A DNA stretch of 64,000 bases from Gemmatimonadales bacterium (GCA_044867445.1 JBIOUY010000300.1:5435-69434); one strand, 5' to 3'. Counted from the first letter of the stretch, positions 52,997-61,866 are shown. Notes: generated by a model from the sequence alone, not told the origin. Translations and numbers: made by a program.

Positions 52997-53909
52997 GCTC
53001 CAGGAGCTGCTTCAAGCGCTCCCTCGCAGACGACAGCGAGCGCGCTCTGCGGCCGATGTTCTTCCACGGATCCGGCCTTCGCGCCAGTCGGTCGAAGATC
53101 GTGCGCAGGATAAACCGGTCAGGCTGGAGACTCGGATCTCGCACCTCCTCCCAGTCCAGCGGCGTGGCCACAGGTGCTGAACGCCTCGCCCGCACCACAT
53201 AAGGCGGCACTGCCGTTTGCGCGTATGCGTTCCGCATCACATCCACAAACAGCCGTTCACCCCGCTTCTGCTTCCGCTGCTCGACCGTGACGCGATCCGG
53301 GTTACGCCGGGCCAGCAGCCGGCCCACGTCCCGGGCAAATGAGCGGACCGCGTCGAAGTTCTCGGCGCGATTCAGCGGAACCACCAGGTGCAGGCCGTCG
53401 CCGCCGCTGGTCTTCACGAAGGTCGGCAGGCGCAGCTCCTCTTCGAGAAGCCGGCGCAGGTCCAGCGCCACCCGGCACGCGAGCTGGAACTCGTTGCCGG
53501 GCGGATCGAGATCGAACATCAACTGATCCGGGTAGTGGAGGCGGTCGGCCTTGGAGAGAAATGCGTGCACAGTGATGCACGCCTGGTTAGCCAGATAGAC
53601 GAGTGTGGCCGGCGAGTCCACCAGGACATGCTGGAGCGAGCCGCGCTGCTTCGCGATACGCACCCGTGATATCCAGTCGGGGAAGTAGCGCGGAACGTTC
53701 TTCTGAAAGACGCGTTCGCCGTCCAGCCCATCCGGGTAGCGCTCCATCGCGATCGGCCGGTCGACCAGGTATGGCAGCATGTGCTTCGCCATCTGCCGGT
53801 AGTAGGCGATCAGATCCGCCTTGGTGATGCCGTCGTCAGGATACAGCACCTTCTCCGGACTCGACACCTCCACGCGCCGGCGACCTACCGCGACCGTGGT
53901 CTTGCTCAT
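52983..53909 (-). CDS. stand-alone LigD polymerase/primase domain protein (NHEJ)
   Basis: RVEVSSPEKVLYPDDGITKADLIAYY...RPIAMERYPDG...FDLDP...GGDGLHLVVPL is the AEP primase-polymerase signature of LigD-Pol. No Ku or ligase gene in the window. Confidence 0.9.
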   Translation of the reverse strand: MSKTTVAVGRRRVEVSSPEKVLYPDDGITKADLIAYYRQMAKHMLPYLVDRPIAMERYPDGLDGERVFQKNVPRYFPDWISRVRIAKQRGSLQHVLVDSPATLVYLANQACITVHAFLSKADRLHYPDQLMFDLDPPGNEFQLACRVALDLRRLLEEELRLPTFVKTSGGDGLHLVVPLNRAENFDAVRSFARDVGRLLARRNPDRVTVEQRKQKRGERLFVDVMRNAYAQTAVPPYVVRARRSAPVATPLDWEEVRDPSLQPDRFILRTIFDRLARRPDPWKNIGRRARSLSSARERLKQLLEHDSG

Positions 53910-53986
53910 GGCGGTTGCTCCCGCACCACCGCGCCGGCTTGATACAGCTTAGGTACGATCAGGCGCGCGACGTGAGCTAAGTGCAA

Positions 53987-54028
53987 TGGGCCCTCCAGGA
54001 TTCGAACCTGGGACCTACGGATTATGAG
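53987..54028 (-). other. tRNA-Met(CAU) 3' fragment (anticodon loop to discriminator): att-type island boundary
   Basis: Minus strand reads CTCATAA TCCGT AGGTC CCAGG TTCGAAT CCTGG AGGGCCC A. The T-arm and acceptor 3' strand are perfect. The sequence 5' of it cannot form a D-arm or an acceptor 5' strand. Confidence 0.7.
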
Positions 54029-54352
54029 GTCGTCGGGGCCCCACCACACCAGACTAAGCGAGAACGCAACAGCAAACAGGATCAAGACTTCGCTCCGAGC
54101 CGAGTAGGCTGGAGTTGTCCGGTTTAGCCTGGCTTTAGGTACAGAACAGGTACAGTGGCCCCCTCGCCGCGCGACTGATCCTGAGACTTACGCCTCCGGC
54201 TCGCGACCCTTCTGCCTGCTTGTGGGTAGTGGCCAGGTGCCGAACCACTCCTTAAGACGTGTGGTGCTGCATCGGGCGATGTCAATGACACGCGGATAGG
54301 TGCTTGGGCCCCACTGGCCAAATCCTTAATTCTTGTGATGCGCTGGCGAGCC

Positions 54353-55867
54353 CTAGCCTCTTGAACTACTGTCAACGGTCGCCGGCGGCTTGCCGAACCG
54401 TGCCGCGATCTTGGTGAATTGTTCCAGTGCTGCCTCGAGATCATCAGCGATCTCGGCAGCGAGGACATCCGGCGGCGGCAGCGCATCGGTGTCGGTCAGA
54501 CTCTGGTCCTTGATCCAGAATAGATCGAGGCTGAGCTTGTCGCGCTTGAGCAACTCGACGTATTCGTAGCAGCGCCAACGGCCTTCCGGGTGCGCCTCGC
54601 TCCACGTTGCCTTGCGCTCATGAAGCTTGCCCGGCTTGTAGCACGCAACGAAGTCGTCGAAGTCCTTCCGCTGAATCGGCGACTGCTTGAGGGTGAAGTG
54701 CATGTTGGTGCGCAGGTCATACACCCACAGCTTATCCGTCCACGCTTCGGCGCGACCCTCTTTCTTCTCGAAGAAGATGACGTTGGCCTTCACGCCCGGC
54801 GAATACCAGATTCCGGTGGGTAGACGCAGCAGCGTGTGGACTCGGCACTTTTGAAGCAGATTGCGTCGTACCTTCTCCCCCGCACCACCTTCGAACAGTA
54901 CGTTGTCTGGCACCACCATAGCAGCTCGGCCATCGATCTTCAGCAGGGTGTAGATGTGCTGCACAAAGTTGAGCTGCTTGTTGCTCGTAGAAGTCCAGAA
55001 GTCCTCGCGAACAACGACTTGGTCATCCTTCTCGGTGTCACCCTCCTCGTTCACGAACAAGAGGCTCTGCTTCTTGCCAAACGGCGGATTAGCGAGGACC
55101 ACCGAATATTCCTTACTCCACGGCGCCGCGAGGCTGTCATATCCAGTGTGCACCACAACTTGCTCGCCGCCTATGCCGTGCAGATAGAGGTTCATAGCAC
55201 ACATGCGGCCGACTTTGGGTGAGAGCTCCATCCCCTCGACAAGCTCTTGCTGAAGAGCCCGCTTCTGGTCGCGATCTAGTTGCGGCTCGAAGCGGTCAAG
55301 AACGTGTTGATAGGCGTTACAGAGAAAGCCGCCGGTGCCCGCCGCCGGATCGCAGATCCTGTCCTCGGGCCTTGGTTGGGTCACCTCAACCATGGCCTGG
55401 ATCACCGGCCGCGGCGTGAAATACTGGCCAGCACCGCGCGAGGATTCCTGGGCCGAACGCGAGAGTAACTCCTCGTAGATCGTGCCCTTCACGTCCACCG
55501 GCAACGAGAGCCAGTCCACTTTGTCCAGCAGGTTTACGATGAGCTGCTTAAGTAGCGCGGGGTTGTGGATTTCACAGCGGGCACCCTTGAAGATGACGCC
55601 GAGCATGCCAGGCTTGACGCCGAGGGCCTCGAGGCTTTTACGGTACTGTTCCTCTAGCGCCGCGCCATCCAACGGCAGAAGCGCCTTCCACCCGAGTTCC
55701 CGTGGAATGAGGGGGGCGCGGTTGTACGGCTCTTCGGTGAGCTGATCCGCCATCTTAAGAAAGAGCAGCAGCGTCAGCTGCTCCACGTACTCGAAGCAGG
55801 AAAGCCCCGCATCCTGGAGCACACCGGCGTAGCTCCACGCCCGCTTGCCGATCTGAGATGCGTCCAT
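54353..55867 (-). CDS. hsdM: type I restriction-modification system methyltransferase subunit
   Basis: HsdM_N region plus an N6-adenine MTase core (DPAAGTGGFL, NPPFG). Confidence 0.95.
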   Translation of the reverse strand: MDASQIGKRAWSYAGVLQDAGLSCFEYVEQLTLLLFLKMADQLTEEPYNRAPLIPRELGWKALLPLDGAALEEQYRKSLEALGVKPGMLGVIFKGARCEIHNPALLKQLIVNLLDKVDWLSLPVDVKGTIYEELLSRSAQESSRGAGQYFTPRPVIQAMVEVTQPRPEDRICDPAAGTGGFLCNAYQHVLDRFEPQLDRDQKRALQQELVEGMELSPKVGRMCAMNLYLHGIGGEQVVVHTGYDSLAAPWSKEYSVVLANPPFGKKQSLLFVNEEGDTEKDDQVVVREDFWTSTSNKQLNFVQHIYTLLKIDGRAAMVVPDNVLFEGGAGEKVRRNLLQKCRVHTLLRLPTGIWYSPGVKANVIFFEKKEGRAEAWTDKLWVYDLRTNMHFTLKQSPIQRKDFDDFVACYKPGKLHERKATWSEAHPEGRWRCYEYVELLKRDKLSLDLFWIKDQSLTDTDALPPPDVLAAEIADDLEAALEQFTKIAARFGKPPATVDSSSRG

Positions 55868-57516
55868 CAGTCGATCCGCTCCTCGTTGGTCTTCAAGCGC
55901 CCGCGCCCGGCCGTAAGTGTGCCCTCTCGGCTGGAGCGAATTTGCACGGCTGCCTCCCGGGCACGGGCATCCCTTTCAGCAGCAATCCGCTCGAGGAGTT
56001 CCCACGCCGGCTCCTCCTTCGGGTCCTGTGGCGCGAGCTGGCCTGTAAAGGCATGCTGCAGAATTGCTTGGCGCATACCAGCCGCGTGCTGCAGCCTCGC
56101 GTCGAGATCAGCTTCCATGTGATCAATGATAGAAAGTTGATCCTCGACTTCATCGTCGATAAGTAGCTGTTCTTCAGCTGACGGTAGTGGGATGTGATAG
56201 CCCTTGATTTCACCAAGATTGATGTGCGGATGGGTGGAGCCAGTTGCAGCTGTGGATGCCTGCCGCCTTCCGAGTGGTCCATTAAGGGCCATAGCAAGGT
56301 AGCTTGGTGAGACTGCTGCGTGCGGGCGGAATAGGCACATTCCCTGCGACAGGCACACTCTCACCCCATCCGGAATGATCGCCGCCCAACCGTAGCTGAG
56401 CTCACGGCTATAGATGATGTCGCCCTTCTGGGGCACGTGCCGAGCCGTTTGAATCGCAAACTCTTTGTCATCGACCAGTCTGGCGCTTTGTAAGTCGATC
56501 CGACCATACACTATGTCCCGGGGTCCAAGCGCGGGCGTGGTGCCGGCGCCGTAGCGAGGAGTTCGGTGTGCGCTATCTACGAACACGACCGACAACTGTT
56601 CGAGGCTAGCCCAGCACCACCCCTCCGGCAGACACGGAAGATCACCGATACGGGGCACAGCCGGCTCCTTGTATTTCGCCTTCCAGTTTGGTGGCGGCTT
56701 TTGGCCTTTGGCGCTGAATGCCGTGAGTTGGTCCTCTTCCCAGCGCCGGCGGCGTTCGGCGAGAATGCGCTCGAGCAGTTCGCTGGCGGGTGCGGCTTGC
56801 GGGTGTTGCGCGCGCCACTCGGCGGTGAGCGCTCCGTCCACGGCAGCCTTCATCACCGAGGCTCGATAGATTCTCAGCTTCGCCCGCACCCGTAGCAGCG
56901 CGGCCATGCCAGCGGCGAGCTCGGAGAGTAGCTCATCGAGCAGGTCTACAATCCGGCGCTGCTCACCCAAAGGAGCGAGAGGCACTTCGATTCCACGAAT
57001 GTCGGATAGGTTTAGGCGGGGGCGACCAACTCCATGGATGATCCTCGATGTTCGGTTCCGAACGTCCGGCGAATTAAGCGCGTAGTTCAGGTACTCCGGA
57101 ATTGTCAGGCTCGGGTCAGGCTTGAATCGTGAGCAGTCCGCCTTCACCAGCGCGGGGCCGACCCAGGGGGGAATTACGCAGGACCGGGGGAGTGTCTCTC
57201 CGAGCGCAGCTATCGCAATGTCGCCGGCACAGATGTGATGTTTTGAGAGCCCTTTAAAATGAGCCTCCGAGATAAAGGCTTTCTCGTCAATGAAGACCCC
57301 ATTCCCGATGTTCTGGAGCCGGATCACACGGGGTCCGCTACTCGTGTAATGCGAGGTCTTTAGATGTGATCCGAACGGACCGTCCGTGATCGCGTTGGGT
57401 TCCGGAGCAGCAAGATCGACGAGCGCGGCATAGGTCCAACCATGCGGGAGCCGCTGCAGCATACTCCTCCGACCTTGCCCATCAAGGTGGCACCCCTGCG
57501 ACCCGTCCCGGCTCAC
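55867..57516 (-). CDS. hsdS: type I R-M specificity subunit
   Basis: Two target-recognition domains separated and followed by conserved helical spacers (LAEQRRIVDLLDELLSEL..., EEQLLIDDEVEDQLSIIDHME). GTG start overlaps the hsdR stop, and the stop overlaps the hsdM ATG. An alternative start is ATG 57462. Confidence 0.9.
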   Translation of the reverse strand: MSRDGSQGCHLDGQGRRSMLQRLPHGWTYAALVDLAAPEPNAITDGPFGSHLKTSHYTSSGPRVIRLQNIGNGVFIDEKAFISEAHFKGLSKHHICAGDIAIAALGETLPRSCVIPPWVGPALVKADCSRFKPDPSLTIPEYLNYALNSPDVRNRTSRIIHGVGRPRLNLSDIRGIEVPLAPLGEQRRIVDLLDELLSELAAGMAALLRVRAKLRIYRASVMKAAVDGALTAEWRAQHPQAAPASELLERILAERRRRWEEDQLTAFSAKGQKPPPNWKAKYKEPAVPRIGDLPCLPEGWCWASLEQLSVVFVDSAHRTPRYGAGTTPALGPRDIVYGRIDLQSARLVDDKEFAIQTARHVPQKGDIIYSRELSYGWAAIIPDGVRVCLSQGMCLFRPHAAVSPSYLAMALNGPLGRRQASTAATGSTHPHINLGEIKGYHIPLPSAEEQLLIDDEVEDQLSIIDHMEADLDARLQHAAGMRQAILQHAFTGQLAPQDPKEEPAWELLERIAAERDARAREAAVQIRSSREGTLTAGRGRLKTNEERID

Positions 57517-60377
57517 GCCGCTAACCTCTCGTTTAGTTCAGCGATGAGGGGCTTCAGCTTCTCGCCAAAGAGCGCACTCGCTGCGCCTAAGCTGCCGTGC
57601 TGGCCGAACCACCCGGCCTCGAAGTCGGACGGTTCGATGGCGAGACTGGCGGCGATGTGCTCGGCCATCCGATCGAGCCACTCTTCCTGCTCGGCGGTGA
57701 AGTCCACACCCGCACGCTGCTTTTCCTGCTTCCAGAGCGCGTAGTTGTACAGTACCTCCTCGCCATAAGGCTTGAGCCTCACTCCGTCAGGGCGGATGGC
57801 GCATCGGACAAGCTGGACCAGATCGGCCAGCTGTTGCCCTCCCGTGGGCCGCCGGGATGCCTGTTCGGCGACCGCGCGCGCCTCGGCGGCTTCGAACGCG
57901 CGCCAGAGCTGGACAGGGGTGACCGCGAGCGGCGGACCGGCCAGTGCGTCCTTCAGCCGTCGGAGATCGCCGAGTGAGAGTTTGAGCGGCCGAGTGCCGG
58001 CGTAGATGACCTGCAGAGCGGCGATTTCGTCTTTATTAGCGGCGATCCAGGCCTGGAAGTTCCGTACAGTGGTCCGCGCCTTCTCGAGTGCCGAGGCATC
58101 AAAGCCTGCGTAGAGCACTTCGTCGAGCGTATGCCGGTCAATGGTTTGTTCGTTCTGCTGGCGGAGTTCGAGGATACGGCGGCGGAAGGCCGCTTTGAGA
58201 AATGGAGTGGCGGCGGCCTGAGCCAGCTCTCCGGCGGCCTTTTGGATCTGCTCTTCAGTCGGTTCGGCAACAGCGAATTGCTGCCTCGCCGCTTCGACCT
58301 GGGCATCGGGATCGCAGGCTTTCAGCAAATCGTGGGCGAGGTCGGGAAAACTCCTGCCGCCTGCCAGTGCCTTTACCTCCGAGAGCTGATCCAGGGTGAA
58401 GTCACGCTGAAGCCGGGCGAGTCGGCCGGCAAGGGTGGTAAGCGCCTCCGGATCGGTTCCTCCCTGGGCGACGTATTCCAGCACCTGTTCCAGTGTCTTT
58501 GAGGGCTGCCGGTTAAGGGTGTGGGAGTCGGTTTTGTCCTGTTCGCACACACCCACTGCATCAACGATGATAAATCGGTCCTTCACCCTGGCGCTGGGAC
58601 TCACGGCTCGCAGCTTGTCCGGCGAGATAACGCGCACTCCACGCCCCTTCATCTGCTCGAAGAACCCAGCGGACTTGACGTTGCGCAAGAAGAACACGCA
58701 CTCGATGGGCTTCACATCGGTGCCGGTGGCGATCATGTCCACGGTCACCGCGATACGCGGGAAGAAGCTGTTGCGGAAGTTGGCCAGGATCTCATCTGGG
58801 GTGAGGTTCGAGGTCTTCACCCACTCTGTCACTTCAGACTCGGTACCGTCCTCGTTCTTAAGCGTCCTGGTCACCTTGGTGAAGCCAGTGCGGTACGTAA
58901 TCTTCTGGCAGAAGTCGTTGCCCTCGGCGAACACCTCGCGCACTAAGCGCACGATGTCATCAGCGTGGGAGTCATCCTTGGCGAAGATCAGGGTCTTCGG
59001 CACCTCGTCCCGGCCCGGGAACGCATCGGGCAGAACCTTGTCCCGGAACTGCTGGAGTACGGTGCGGATCTGAATCTCGGAGACTACGTCACGATCGAGC
59101 TGATTGGCCGTGTAGGTCAGGTCCTGCTTGAGCAGTTCCAGCCGCTCGGCCCGCGTGAGCTTGTGCCGCTTGTCTACGTAAACGCCGGTGTTGCCAGCCT
59201 CGATCGTCGCGCCCTGTTCGGTAATGCGGGTGCGGATGCGGTAAACATCGAAATCTACGTTGACGCCGTCCGTGACCGCCTCGTCGTGGCCGTACTGCAT
59301 GACGAGGTTTTGATTGAAGAACCCGATGGTCTTGCCGGCAGGCGTAGCCGTGAGGCCGATCAGGAATGCGTCGAAGTACAGCAGCACCTGGCTCCACAGC
59401 TCGTAGATGGAGCGGTGGCATTCGTCGACGATGATGAAGTCGAAGAACTCTGGCGGGATGTTCGCGTTGTACACCACCTCTGGGGGCTCGCCCTGCCAGG
59501 CCCTTCCGGAATCGAAGCCCGAGCCTTCCTCGTTGCTGGCATCGAACTCGGTCTCGCCTTTGAGCATCGAGTAGAGACGCTGGATTGTCGTGATGACGAC
59601 CTTTGCCGCGGGGTTGATCGAGTTGGTCTTGAGCCGCTGGACCGTGTAGAGCGTCGGGAACTTCCGTGGATCGTCGGGCGGCTCGAAGTTGGCGAACTCG
59701 TCTTCAGCCTGCTTCCCGAGGTTGCCGCGATCCACTAGGAACAGGATGCGCTTCGCCCCCGCGAACTTCAGCAGGCGATAGGCGAGATTGACGGCGGTGT
59801 ACGTCTTCCCCGAGCCGGTTGCCATCTGAATCAGTGCACGGGGGTCGGCCCTGGCGAAGGAGGCTTCGATGTGTCGAATCGCCTGTGACTGGACCTTCCA
59901 GAGGCGAGAGTCGTCCAGCGGTGAGAGCCGCTTCAGACGGACCCTGAGCTGTGCGGGCTGCGTGACCCACTCGGCCATCGTTTCCGGACGCGGGAAGCTG
60001 AAGACCTGCCGGCTACGGGGATTGGGATCCAGGCCGTTCGTGAAATAGGTCACCGATCCGTTGGATTCGAACAGGAAGGGCAGCGGACGCTTGTAGGCCG
60101 GAAGGTTGTCAGGCAGGCCGGCGGCATACTTGGCGGACTGAGCCTCGACGCCGGTCAGAGTGCCCCCGGCCTTGGCCTCGACCGCGCCGATAGCCCTGCG
60201 ATCCAGGTAGAGCAAGTAGTCCGCGAATCCGAAGTCCGGCTTGAGCCGAAACTCACGCACGGCGATGCCTCGCCCTACTGTGAGATCGAGATCAGCGCGG
60301 TCCTGCACCAGCCAGCCGGCGGCTTTAAGGTCGGCGTCAATCTCGCGCCGGGCTCTCTGTTCGGGAGTTTCAGGCAT
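57513..60377 (-). CDS. hsdR: type I restriction enzyme R subunit (SF2 helicase/nuclease; C-terminal tail resembles the EcoEI-R type)
   Basis: N-terminal nuclease region (REIDADLKAAGWLVQD), helicase motifs (MATGSGKT, VDECHR, LTATP) and a long helical C-terminus. Start placed at ATG 60377. Confidence 0.95.
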   Translation of the reverse strand: MPETPEQRARREIDADLKAAGWLVQDRADLDLTVGRGIAVREFRLKPDFGFADYLLYLDRRAIGAVEAKAGGTLTGVEAQSAKYAAGLPDNLPAYKRPLPFLFESNGSVTYFTNGLDPNPRSRQVFSFPRPETMAEWVTQPAQLRVRLKRLSPLDDSRLWKVQSQAIRHIEASFARADPRALIQMATGSGKTYTAVNLAYRLLKFAGAKRILFLVDRGNLGKQAEDEFANFEPPDDPRKFPTLYTVQRLKTNSINPAAKVVITTIQRLYSMLKGETEFDASNEEGSGFDSGRAWQGEPPEVVYNANIPPEFFDFIIVDECHRSIYELWSQVLLYFDAFLIGLTATPAGKTIGFFNQNLVMQYGHDEAVTDGVNVDFDVYRIRTRITEQGATIEAGNTGVYVDKRHKLTRAERLELLKQDLTYTANQLDRDVVSEIQIRTVLQQFRDKVLPDAFPGRDEVPKTLIFAKDDSHADDIVRLVREVFAEGNDFCQKITYRTGFTKVTRTLKNEDGTESEVTEWVKTSNLTPDEILANFRNSFFPRIAVTVDMIATGTDVKPIECVFFLRNVKSAGFFEQMKGRGVRVISPDKLRAVSPSARVKDRFIIVDAVGVCEQDKTDSHTLNRQPSKTLEQVLEYVAQGGTDPEALTTLAGRLARLQRDFTLDQLSEVKALAGGRSFPDLAHDLLKACDPDAQVEAARQQFAVAEPTEEQIQKAAGELAQAAATPFLKAAFRRRILELRQQNEQTIDRHTLDEVLYAGFDASALEKARTTVRNFQAWIAANKDEIAALQVIYAGTRPLKLSLGDLRRLKDALAGPPLAVTPVQLWRAFEAAEARAVAEQASRRPTGGQQLADLVQLVRCAIRPDGVRLKPYGEEVLYNYALWKQEKQRAGVDFTAEQEEWLDRMAEHIAASLAIEPSDFEAGWFGQHGSLGAASALFGEKLKPLIAELNERLAA

Positions 60378-60650
60378 TCGTCCCCCAAGCTCAAAACGCG
60401 ATACGTCCCGGGTCTTCCGCGTGGCGGGCGGATCGGGGACGGTGACGATGCTGGCCAGACTCAGGGGCCGGGAAATCTGCGCGGGAGATCCCCGCTGCCC
60501 AAAAAAGGCGTTCGGCGTTGGAAGAATGCTATTCAACCTGTGTGACAGCAAGGCGTTGTGGTCGACTTGGCAGGACAAGCGTGCGGTGAACTGTACGGGC
60601 CCTCCTGTCTCTTATCCCACGCCGCTCTTGACCGGGGGCTTCGTTTCGGT

Positions 60651-60669
60651 ATATATTCGCCGAATATAT
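60651..60669. promoter_or_regulatory. AT-rich 9-1-9 perfect palindrome, candidate operator upstream of hsdR
   Basis: ATATATTCG-c-CGAATATAT, about 275 nt upstream of the hsdR start in an otherwise GC-rich spacer. Confidence 0.35.
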
Positions 60670-61007
60670 CCCAAAGATAGCTACGTGGGTGCCTCGTGCC
60701 TGCAATCGCCTCCCGTCCGGTTCACTCACTCCTAGCAGCCAATACTCTCATAACGTGCATCTCGGCAAGGACTTGCCAGGAGGGCGGCCAGCAATTCGCG
60801 GGCGCCTCGCGTCGGCAGAAGTCAAAGGGCGCGCCAGCATGAGCATCTGGGACGGTGGCTGGGCGGACCAGGCAGAGGCCGAGCGTGAGGCGGAGGGACT
60901 CGGCGAGGAAGCGGCAACGAGTGAACGCCGAACCACCGGCCCAGCGCCGGCTTGGTTGGCACTCACAAGATTGACAATTGGCGACAGGATGAGGAGGAGG
61001 TTCAGGC

Positions 61008-61208
61008 ATGGCGAGGAACGATGGGCCGCAAGAAGAGCAGCCCAGAGAACAGACTGAGGACGGTGACGCCCTGGACCTTGGGCCCGGCATGCGGATCCAG
61101 CTGGCCCAGCAGGTGCCGTGTGAGCCGCCGCTTCGCCTTCTACTGGCGGAGTACGAACTGATGGAGCGCGAGTGGTGTGAGATCCAGCGGCTAATGCGTC
61201 GCAGGTGA
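61008..61208 (+). CDS. hypothetical small protein (66 aa)
   Basis: Strong SD GAGGAGGAGG ending 7 nt before the ATG, with an acidic N-terminus and helical C-terminus. No known motif. Confidence 0.3.
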   Translation: MARNDGPQEEQPREQTEDGDALDLGPGMRIQLAQQVPCEPPLRLLLAEYELMEREWCEIQRLMRRR

Positions 61209-61215
61209 ATGCCCG

Positions 61216-61479
61216 CTACCTCGTCGGGGCGGTGGGCGGATGGTCGCTGGTGAACACGTCGCGGTTCTTAGCGGTGTACGACTGCCAGTTGGGCGGGACG
61301 TCTTCCTCCGGGAAGATCGCGGTCACGGGACACTCGGGCACGCAGGCCCCGCAGTCGATGCATTCGTCGGGATGGATGTACAGCTGATCCTCCCCCTCGT
61401 AGATGCAGTCCACCGGACACACATCCACACAGGACCGGTCTTTGACGCCGATGCAGGGTTCGGCGATCACGTACGTCAC
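61216..61479 (-). CDS. fdxA: 7Fe-type ferredoxin (one [4Fe-4S] plus one [3Fe-4S] motif)
   Basis: [27 protein letters not shown]...[17 protein letters not shown]. Confidence 0.93.
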   Translation of the reverse strand: MTYVIAEPCIGVKDRSCVDVCPVDCIYEGEDQLYIHPDECIDCGACVPECPVTAIFPEEDVPPNWQSYTAKNRDVFTSDHPPTAPTR

Positions 61480-61518
61480 GGGCCGCTCCTCCGCCGGCTC
61501 CTGTCCGGCAACTGCGGT

Positions 61519-61866
61519 TCAGCGGTCACCCCGGCGCTCCCCTCGCGGGTGGGTGGCTCGCTCAGCGAGGAGCTGCTCCACCCGGGCCCGCAGCTCCGGC
61601 CGAATGCTGTCAGCCAGCTCGCTGCTCAACTTACCGAGCATGGAAGCGATGGCGCTGGTGTCGAGCCCGGCGATCCGGGCCTCCTCGATCACCGCCGCGA
61701 AATGGATCCGGGCCTCGCGGATCATCCGGCCGAACAGTGGGGACCCATCCGGCCGGTCGCCCAGGGCCAGGGCCAGGAGGTAGAGGTCGCGCGCTCCATC
61801 CAGCCGGTGCCCCAGATAATCGGAGGTCTCGGGTTCCTTCGGGAGGTGAGGGGGCGTCTTGGCCAT
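61519..61866 (-). CDS. hypothetical protein
   Basis: 115 aa from ATG 61866 (GGAAGGAG upstream). Helical, upstream of and co-oriented with the ferredoxin gene. Confidence 0.55.
   Translation of the reverse strand: MAKTPPHLPKEPETSDYLGHRLDGARDLYLLALALGDRPDGSPLFGRMIREARIHFAAVIEEARIAGLDTSAIASMLGKLSSELADSIRPELRARVEQLLAERATHPRGERRGDR

Larger units (their letters stand above)
50297..53986. mobile_element. possible old, ameliorated island between the two tRNA-fragment copies
   Basis: Bounded by direct repeats 50266-50296 and 53987-54028. Cargo is a small ORF, comA, prpD-family and ligD-pol. Composition is not obviously foreign. Confidence 0.25.

Noticed and set aside
53987-54040. Reading GGGCCCCGACGACCTCATAATCCGTAGGTCCCAGGTTCGAATCCTGGAGGGCCCA as a D-arm-less mini-tRNA.
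   Set aside because: GGGCCCC could pair with the acceptor 3' strand, but the anticodon stem has only 3 bp and bacteria are not known to use D-armless tRNAs. A 3' att fragment is the simpler explanation.
54124-54486. 120-aa minus-strand ORF downstream of and overlapping the hsdM 3' end.
   Set aside because: It overlaps the hsdM C-terminus out of frame. Its sequence is Arg/Ser-rich, and it has no RBS.
60528-60580. Possible third tRNA-fragment copy (attcaacctgtgtgac...ggtcg) upstream of hsdR, plus gggccctcc at 60597-60605.
   Set aside because: Only about 10/11 identity over the T-loop seed and roughly 50% beyond it. The T-arm is not pairable and there is no ttatga anticodon-loop segment. This is compatible with chance.
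60689-61090. ORFs 60689-61057(+) and 60722-61090(-) in the hsdR upstream spacer.
   Set aside because: They mutually overlap on opposite strands, have no SD, and are low-complexity. Only the SD-preceded 61008-61208 ORF was kept, at low confidence.
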